IMG/VR virus record: IMGVR_UViG_3300034155_000007
Coordinates: 1 to 40,842 of that record
Source of the DNA: a virus
Lineage: Duplodnaviria > Caudoviricetes
DNA length: 40,842 nt
Reading direction: 5' to 3' (one strand)
Shown: one piece after another, positions 34,681 through 40,842 of the stretch
How the letters are laid out: every line of letters starts with the position of its first letter
How positions within the stretch are numbered: the first letter of the stretch is position 1
Notes under the pieces: generated by a model
Database searches by the model: none
The model's input: the letters and a program-made list of their open reading frames with translations, nothing else
Told to the model about the DNA's origin: nothing
Program-made: the position numbers and the translations under genes

Positions 34681-35637
34681 TCACGCTGCGATGGCCCGGA
34701 CGCTCTCGCCCGCGTCCATGCGGAGGATCACGTCGCGCAGCTCGCCTGCGGTGTACTGCGGGGCGAGGTCGCTCCGGTACTCGAAGCCCTCCGGCAGCAG
34801 CCCGACCGGCTTGCCCGACAGCGGCCCGAGCACGAAGTCATGTTCCCGCGACACGGCGTGCGGCGCCTCGTGAGCGTTCAGCAGTTGCTCGTGCCGTTTC
34901 TCGCCGGCCCGGAACCCGACTTCGACGGTGGGATGGCCGGGCGCGATAGCTTCGGCCATGACCGCCATCGAGGAGGCGCGGGACTTCGGGATCAGGACCG
35001 AGCCCGATGGCAACTGAAGTCCGGCCACGATCAGGTCCACCGCGTCGTCGAGGGTGATCCAGAAGCGGGTCATGCCGGGGTCGGTCAGGGTCAGCGGCTT
35101 GCCGGCGGCCACCTGCACCCGGAGCGCGGGAATGACCGAGCCCGTCGAGGCGATGACGTTGCCGTACCGAACGAGGGTGAAGGCGCAGCCGGTTGCCGCC
35201 TGGAACAGCCGCTCCATCAGCGCCTTGCTCTGACCGTAGGCGTTGATCGGCGCGCACGCCTTATCGGTCGAGATGCCGATGATCCGCGGAACGCCGACCC
35301 GCATGGCTTCGCGGACCACGTTCATCGAGCCGACGACGTTGGCTTGGACGCACGCCATCGTCTCGCGCTCCGCCTCGGGCACCCGCTTGTAGGCCGCGGC
35401 ATGGACAACGACATCGACCCCGCGCATGGCGGCCTCGAGGGAGTCGGAGTCGCGCACGTCGCCGAGCACGTAGCGGGCATCGGGGAAGCGGTCGCGCATG
35501 ACCGACTGCTTCACCTCGTCGCGGGAGTAGACGACGAACCGGGCATCCCAGCGTTCGGCGGTGGCGCGGGCAAGGATGGCCCCGCCCAGCGACCCGGAGC
35601 CACCCGTGACGAGGACCGTGCCGATCATCCCATTCAC
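34681..35637 (-). CDS. UDP-GlcNAc 4,6-dehydratase-like SDR (PseB/FlaA1/CapD family)
   Basis: TGGSGSLG, SRDE.KQ, HAAAYK.VP, STDKA..P.N.YG.SK, RYGNV..S.GSVIP and MTRFW motifs. Confidence 0.92.
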   Translation of the reverse strand: MNGMIGTVLVTGGSGSLGGAILARATAERWDARFVVYSRDEVKQSVMRDRFPDARYVLGDVRDSDSLEAAMRGVDVVVHAAAYKRVPEAERETMACVQANVVGSMNVVREAMRVGVPRIIGISTDKACAPINAYGQSKALMERLFQAATGCAFTLVRYGNVIASTGSVIPALRVQVAAGKPLTLTDPGMTRFWITLDDAVDLIVAGLQLPSGSVLIPKSRASSMAVMAEAIAPGHPTVEVGFRAGEKRHEQLLNAHEAPHAVSREHDFVLGPLSGKPVGLLPEGFEYRSDLAPQYTAGELRDVILRMDAGESVRAIAA

Positions 35638-36248
35638 CGATACAGGTACGTGAACCGATCCGGCCACGACATCTCCAGCTCGTAGCCGGGCAGCAGCGTC
35701 GCCGCCTCGACGCCGAACGACCAGTCTTCGATCAGGACCAGCGGGTGGCAGCGGGCGATCGTCTCAGCAGCCCCGCGGATCACGGCGGCCTCGTGGTTCT
35801 CCACGTCGATCTTGAGCAGAGTGACGTTCCGCAAGTCCAACGTGTCGAGGGTGATCGCGCCGACCTCGACCTCGCCGTCTTCCGAGACGAGGCAGGCGCC
35901 CATGTTGCCGGGGTTCGGCTGCATCCGAAGGGTCCGCGGTATATCCGAGAGCGCGACCTGGTAGGTGCGCACGGACGGGCAGCCGCCGACGTTGGCCCGG
36001 AGCAGCGCGTAGTTGGCCGGCATCGGCTCGAAGGCGTGGATGCGGTCGTGCTCCAGGAACCGCGCGAAGTACGCGGTGTGGTTGCCGACGTTGGCCCCGG
36101 CGTCCACGATGACCCGCTGGGACGGATGGCGGGCTGCGAGGTAGTCGAGGATTTCGGCTTCGTAGAAGTCGCCCGACAGCCGGACGCCATCGGACACGCC
36201 CTCGCCCTCGGGGTGCAGCGTGAGCGGGACGCCGCGGAGTTCGATCAC
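35634..36248 (-). CDS. FkbM-family methyltransferase
   Basis: VDAGANVG, AFEP, TLD and LKIDVE.HE..V..GA motifs. Confidence 0.92.
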   Translation of the reverse strand: MIELRGVPLTLHPEGEGVSDGVRLSGDFYEAEILDYLAARHPSQRVIVDAGANVGNHTAYFARFLEHDRIHAFEPMPANYALLRANVGGCPSVRTYQVALSDIPRTLRMQPNPGNMGACLVSEDGEVEVGAITLDTLDLRNVTLLKIDVENHEAAVIRGAAETIARCHPLVLIEDWSFGVEAATLLPGYELEMSWPDRFTYLYR

Positions 36249-37135
36249 GCCGCCACCGCCACGTCGGCCAGCCAGTCGGTGATCGCCGCGGCGGCGCGGG
36301 ACCCGGCCCCGTAGCGATAGGCGTAGGCGATCAACAGGGCGCGTTCGCGGTCACGCTTGGCGCCCATGCCATCCGCGAGAGCCGACGCGACGCCCGACAC
36401 GAGATCGGCGGGGGAGCCGACGTTGAGCCCGACGCCCGCCGCGGTCCAGAAGCGCAGTCCCAGTTCGACGTTGCGGCGCATCGCCGGCCCGTTCAGCACG
36501 ACGACCGGCCTGCCCGTGGACGCGAACTCGTAGAGGGTCGAGCTGTTGTCGCAGACGTACAGCGCCGCCCGCTCGCAGACCTCGCGGAAGTCGGCGACGA
36601 ACGGGATCCCGAGCCGGGCGTACATCCGTTCAGCCTTGCGGGCGATCCGGGGGTGGGCGTGGCCGATGACCTCGAACCGCTTGGCGAGCTCCGGGAGGGC
36701 GGGATGGTAATAGACCATCGTGGACTGCATCTCGGGCGCCAGGCTGGAGCCCCAGTGGAACGACGTACAAACGACCGAGCCACCGCTGCCACGCGGCAGG
36801 GTATCGAGCACCGGGTCCCCCACGACCTCGACACGGGCGTTGGGATAGGCACGGCTGTCCATGCCAGCGGCAGTTTCGTTGGGCGACAGGAAGAGCCCCA
36901 CGGCATCGCGGTTCTTGCCGCCGGGATAGGCCGGGTGGCCGTTGCCGTAGCTCTGCCCGATGCCGTGCTCGAGGTAGGCGATCCGCCGGTAGCCCAGAGC
37001 ACGAGCCTTGAGCAAGTCCTGGTAGCCGGCGACCAGCACCGCGTCCAATGTCCGGTGCGTCCGCTCGCCGCGCTCGGGGAGGGCGTCCCAGACCGGATCG
37101 AGGTGAGCAGCGTACTGGGGCGTCGAGACAATCAT
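36245..37135 (-). CDS. GT-B fold protein, CDP-glycerol glycerophosphotransferase (TagF)-like
   Basis: EHG, VVGDP.LD, HP and YVCDNSSTLYEFASTGRPVV motifs. Confidence 0.65.
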   Translation of the reverse strand: MIVSTPQYAAHLDPVWDALPERGERTHRTLDAVLVAGYQDLLKARALGYRRIAYLEHGIGQSYGNGHPAYPGGKNRDAVGLFLSPNETAAGMDSRAYPNARVEVVGDPVLDTLPRGSGGSVVCTSFHWGSSLAPEMQSTMVYYHPALPELAKRFEVIGHAHPRIARKAERMYARLGIPFVADFREVCERAALYVCDNSSTLYEFASTGRPVVVLNGPAMRRNVELGLRFWTAAGVGLNVGSPADLVSGVASALADGMGAKRDRERALLIAYAYRYGAGSRAAAAITDWLADVAVAA

Positions 37136-37151
37136 GTCGATCAAGAGACGG

Positions 37152-38603
37152 CTACTCTGAGTCGAGGCTTGTCATCTGCGGACCTGTCGGTGCCGGGGTT
37201 ACCACCGGAACCGGCTGAACGGCGAGACGGGTATCGCGCATCCGAGCGATCTGCTCGGGTGAGTAGCCGAGCATCTCCTGGGCCATCTCGACATCGATGA
37301 CCCCGCCCGAGAGCTGCTTGATGATCGAATCGGTGCGGACGGCCTCGTTGCGCGTCTCCGGGTCGCGCCAGATCGTCTCGGCCGTTCGGATGCTGGCCCG
37401 TGGGTCGTTCATCGCCTTGAGGGCGACCCGCATCGTCTCCTCCCAGCCGTCGCCGAGATGGATCGAAGCGTTGCCGACCTTGGAGACGAGCCCGGCTTCG
37501 GACGACTTGAGGCTTTCCCCGGACGGAGGAACGGACTGCGGCTGGCCCAAGAGGTAGTGGTACGGCATCCCGGAGATCGACGAGATGTGCCCGACCTCGG
37601 TGGCGATGGCCGTCATGTACGGCTCGAGCGAACCTGGGGCGAACTGGCCGAACGAGACGGCCGGCGGGTTCGGATCGTTGGGGTCGGGCGGCGGGACGCG
37701 CCACAGGTTCGCCATGCCAGCTTGGAAGGGTTCCTTTTCAGCTCCGGTATCGGGGTCAGTCTCGGCGTCGAGGTTCAGGACCCACCGCTGGGGATAGGCG
37801 ACATACAGCGCCGCGACGATGGCGCTCGCCTTGTAGAAGTCGATCGCGTTCTGGTTCGGGATGACCGGATCGAGTTCGGACTGCCCGAACTTGCGGAGCC
37901 GCGGGCGGTAGGGAAGGGCGACCAGCGGCACCACGCCGAGCCGATTGACCAGCGGCCACTCCTCGCCCGGGAGATCGTATCGAGAGAACTTCGCCTGGGC
38001 CAGCCATGCCGAGTCGATGACCGTCGTGACCGACTGGTCGGAACGGAACGTGAACACGTAATCGGGCAGGTAGAGGTACGCGACGACGTAGCCTTCGTCG
38101 TCGATCCACCGCTTGAGGCCGGCGAGGCGCTGACCCTTCGGCCCGGTCTCGACGATCGTGTCGCACGGGTCCTCGATGGTAATGGTCGGTGTGCCCTCGT
38201 TCGCCGGTTCGACGAGCGTATAGACGATGCCCTTGATGAGCGCCTCGGTGTGGGCGATCTGCGAGCCGGCGTCGAGGTCGTTGGCCTGCCAGATGTTCCA
38301 CAGGTCAGCGTCACCCTTCGGGTCGGTGAACCGGAAGCCCTGGACCTCGAAGCGTTCGCGGGTCCGGTCGACGACCAGCGACATGAAATTGGAACTGAAC
38401 TCCTCCGAGCCGAACCGCTCCCCGAAACGGTCGCGCAGCTTGTTCGACCAGAGGGCCAACGGCTGGTCGCCGTCGTAGTACCGCTCGTGCTTGCGGAAGC
38501 CCCAGAGCCGGTCGTCAAGCTTGGCGAGTAGCCGCTTGAGCCACCACTCGGGGGTGCCGGGCTCCATGCCTGGAAGGTACGTGAGTTCGCTGTAGTCAAT
38601 CAT
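37152..38603 (-). CDS. Portal protein (SPP1 gp6-like)
   Basis: YYDGDQPL, NF..LVVD, IWQANDLD, YPQRW and PSGESLK.E..L motifs. Confidence 0.93.
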   Translation of the reverse strand: MIDYSELTYLPGMEPGTPEWWLKRLLAKLDDRLWGFRKHERYYDGDQPLALWSNKLRDRFGERFGSEEFSSNFMSLVVDRTRERFEVQGFRFTDPKGDADLWNIWQANDLDAGSQIAHTEALIKGIVYTLVEPANEGTPTITIEDPCDTIVETGPKGQRLAGLKRWIDDEGYVVAYLYLPDYVFTFRSDQSVTTVIDSAWLAQAKFSRYDLPGEEWPLVNRLGVVPLVALPYRPRLRKFGQSELDPVIPNQNAIDFYKASAIVAALYVAYPQRWVLNLDAETDPDTGAEKEPFQAGMANLWRVPPPDPNDPNPPAVSFGQFAPGSLEPYMTAIATEVGHISSISGMPYHYLLGQPQSVPPSGESLKSSEAGLVSKVGNASIHLGDGWEETMRVALKAMNDPRASIRTAETIWRDPETRNEAVRTDSIIKQLSGGVIDVEMAQEMLGYSPEQIARMRDTRLAVQPVPVVTPAPTGPQMTSLDSE

Positions 38604-40054
38604 CCGTAGCCCACCCCGACTCGTGGCTTGCGTTCAAAGACTGGCGTGGACGCCAACCAGACGGCCCGGATCGCGGCCAGCGCCGCGGTGATCGGGCGCT
38701 CATCGTTGGCCCGGACCGCCTGGAAGCTGCCTGATTCGTCGTGCTCCTTGCGGGCGGTCCAGGTCAGGTCCGTCCCGACCGCGTGACAGTCGCGCCATGA
38801 GAGTTGGCCGGATTCCACCGCGGTCACGAACCGGGCCGAAGCATTGGCGTACTTCTGGCCGGCAATGGCCTCGGACTTGGGGAACCACTTGGCGAGCACG
38901 CTGTCGGTCAGCGGATCGAACCCGACGACGGCGACGTGGTGCTCCCGGGCCGCGGCCTGCAGATCGCGGCCGAGCTTGTCGGTATCGATGGGGTCGCCCC
39001 GAACATCGAACAGCATCCGAAGGCCAGGTGTCCCGTCCGGCCGTTGCCACGTCAATGCCGCGCTGGCCCGGGTCCCCGATGGGTCGAGACTGATCCCCAT
39101 GTATGCACGGGCGGGGGTTTCCTCGACGAGCGTCTCGCACTGCTGCCACGCCTCGAAAGCGACGAGCACCTGGCGCATCGTCTTGACCCAGCGGCAGAGG
39201 TGCTCGGTCTCGAAGATCGACAGCGTGCCGGCCAGCTTGTTCGACAGGTATTCCGACTCGACGTTGGCGAGAACCGAGCCCATGCCCTCGGGCTCGTTGC
39301 CCATCGCGGGATTGGCCTCGGCCCAGCCCACGACATCATCGGACGACCGGGCAGGATCGGCGCTCCATTCGAGGTAGGCGAGGCCGGGGTCCTGCGCTGC
39401 CCGATCCCGCAAGGCGTTGAGGACGATGCTGTCCTCCTCGCCAGCATTGGACAGGTAGACGATCTGCGGATCCGCCGAGGCGGTGGTCGTCGGCTTGGCT
39501 GCGGCGATGAAGTCCCAGGTATCCATCTCGCGGAGCTCGTCGATGATGACGAGATCGCGTGATGGCCCACGGGCACCACCGCGAGTCGGGGCGACGATGC
39601 TGTAGACGCCGCCGTTGGCGAGTCGAATCTCCTCCTGGCCGTTGGCGAACCGCGGTCGAGTCGGCCGGCCGTTGCGCTCCGGGAAGAGCGTCTGGTCGGC
39701 CGCCATGACATCGGCAACGCGGTAGAAGATTTCCCGCGGCAGCGAGCGATCCTGGGCCGTGTGCATGATCCGCTTGCCAGCTCGCAACCGCTTGACGATG
39801 AGCGGCACGAGCAACTCGGACTTCCCGTTCTGGCGGGCCACGACGACCGCTACCTCGCGGAACAGGTGCCGACCATCGGGACCGACCGCCTCGAGATAGC
39901 GGCCGGCGACCTCCTGCCATGGCATCAGGCTGATCCCCAACGCCACGGCCGTCTCGCGGTACCCAGCCATGTCCGACTTCGCTGGCGTCGGCGGGGCGAT
40001 ACGGGGCTTGGCCCGGCCCTTCGGGGATGACGCGACGCGCATCGCCAACGTCAC
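38600..40054 (-). CDS. terL: Terminase large subunit
   Basis: LMPWQ, Walker A ARQNGKS, Walker B LVIIDE, YLEWSA and ANP motifs. Confidence 0.93.
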   Translation of the reverse strand: MTLAMRVASSPKGRAKPRIAPPTPAKSDMAGYRETAVALGISLMPWQEVAGRYLEAVGPDGRHLFREVAVVVARQNGKSELLVPLIVKRLRAGKRIMHTAQDRSLPREIFYRVADVMAADQTLFPERNGRPTRPRFANGQEEIRLANGGVYSIVAPTRGGARGPSRDLVIIDELREMDTWDFIAAAKPTTTASADPQIVYLSNAGEEDSIVLNALRDRAAQDPGLAYLEWSADPARSSDDVVGWAEANPAMGNEPEGMGSVLANVESEYLSNKLAGTLSIFETEHLCRWVKTMRQVLVAFEAWQQCETLVEETPARAYMGISLDPSGTRASAALTWQRPDGTPGLRMLFDVRGDPIDTDKLGRDLQAAAREHHVAVVGFDPLTDSVLAKWFPKSEAIAGQKYANASARFVTAVESGQLSWRDCHAVGTDLTWTARKEHDESGSFQAVRANDERPITAALAAIRAVWLASTPVFERKPRVGVGYG

Positions 40055-40539
40055 GCCGCCACCCGGGCGCCCTTGCGCATGTTGCAAATCCGATGGGCCA
40101 ACTGCGTGTTTCTGTCCGTATGTGATCCGCCGCGCGCCAACGGGATGATGTGGTCGATGGTGGGACCCATCAGATGACGCCGGTCTAGCGTCAGGTCAAC
40201 AGGATCGGAACAGATACCGCAGCGTCCGTCTGACCGAGCGATGATCTTGGCCCGGCTGACGTTATCGACATGGGCGGCCCCAACTGCTCGGGCGCGAACG
40301 CGCGCTTGGTGAGCATGGAACTTCTTGGCGCACTCGGAGGCACAGAACTTCCGGCCCGGGGTCCCCGCGTAACTAGCACCGCAATCCAGACAGGAGCGAC
40401 CGGACTGCGGCAGCCGTGAGTAGCCCTTCCCCTGAGCCCTCCGCGCTCGGCCCTTGCAAAGCCCGCTGCAATAGAGAACCCCCGAACGCGGGCCGAACTG
40501 CCGCAGGTGAAACGGGTTGCGGCAGAAGTCGCAGATCAC
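40051..40539 (-). CDS. HNH endonuclease with N-terminal Cys repeats
   Basis: CGIC...TIDHIIPLARGG.H...N.QLAHRICN..KG. Confidence 0.9.
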   Translation of the reverse strand: MICDFCRNPFHLRQFGPRSGVLYCSGLCKGRARRAQGKGYSRLPQSGRSCLDCGASYAGTPGRKFCASECAKKFHAHQARVRARAVGAAHVDNVSRAKIIARSDGRCGICSDPVDLTLDRRHLMGPTIDHIIPLARGGSHTDRNTQLAHRICNMRKGARVAA

Positions 40540-40842
40540 TACGAGTAGTCCTTAGTTACAACGGCTCCGGTAGGAATGGTGGCCGTCTCACGTTCCAACC
40601 TGGCTGCGACGCCGCGGGCGCTGTTGTGGAACCGACAGGCAGCCCGGAGATTGCTTAGGCCAAAGAACAGGGCGTCCGGCATGCCCGGGTAGACCGAGAT
40701 GATGTGGTCGGCCATCGTGGCCCGTGCGGGGCAATCCGGGACGACTCGGCAGACGTGCATATCCCGATCGAGAACCCGCTTGCTGGTCCGACGCCAGAGC
40801 TGCGAGCCATAGCGCCGCTCACGGGGGAGAGAGATTAGCGAG
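40539..40842 (-). CDS. HNH endonuclease (5' part runs off the window end)
   Basis: The frame is open to the edge: RRYGSQLWRRTSKRVLDRD..C...ADHI...NLRAAC.FHN. Confidence 0.8.
   Translation of the reverse strand, partial: SLISLPRERRYGSQLWRRTSKRVLDRDMHVCRVVPDCPARATMADHIISVYPGMPDALFFGLSNLRAACRFHNSARGVAARLERETATIPTGAVVTKDYS

Larger units (their letters stand above)
1..40842 (-). mobile_element. Tailed bacteriophage genome (siphovirus-like), probably circularly permuted and near-complete
   Basis: Terminase, portal, capsid, tail, lysis, replication and switch modules are all present, with no host housekeeping genes. The reading frame continues across the window ends. Confidence 0.93.

Overview
The window is a high-GC, apparently near-complete or complete tailed-phage (siphovirus-like) genome. 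Almost all genes lie on the minus strand and are joined by ATGA/GTGA/TGATG overlaps. Reading the minus strand from the right end: two HNH genes, large terminase, portal, a four-enzyme glycan-synthesis cassette, scaffold, HK97-type capsid, neck and tail genes (with a -1 frameshifted chaperone and a short 419-aa tape measure), a GT2 glycosyltransferase next to a Thr-rich collagen fibre, and carbohydrate-binding tail proteins. Next come a lambda-like divergent switch whose repressor looks deleted and fused to a membrane-protein fragment (no integrase seen), an early region (three DNA methylases, exonuclease, annealing protein, replication initiator, many small mosaic genes) and a lysis region. 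The most unusual signals are: (i) two small plus-strand genes with their own -10 boxes placed antisense inside the late operon while keeping the minus-strand frame open, one as an in-frame insert inside a glycosyltransferase; (ii) extensive putative virion-glycosylation machinery; (iii) two 150-200 nt multi-stem elements closed by long helices; (iv) a duplicated mucin-like sortase-type surface protein and a set of short coding repeats that bound swappable peptide modules. All functional calls come from motifs recognised by eye; no searches were run. A Chloroflexota- or Actinobacteria-like host is only an inference.
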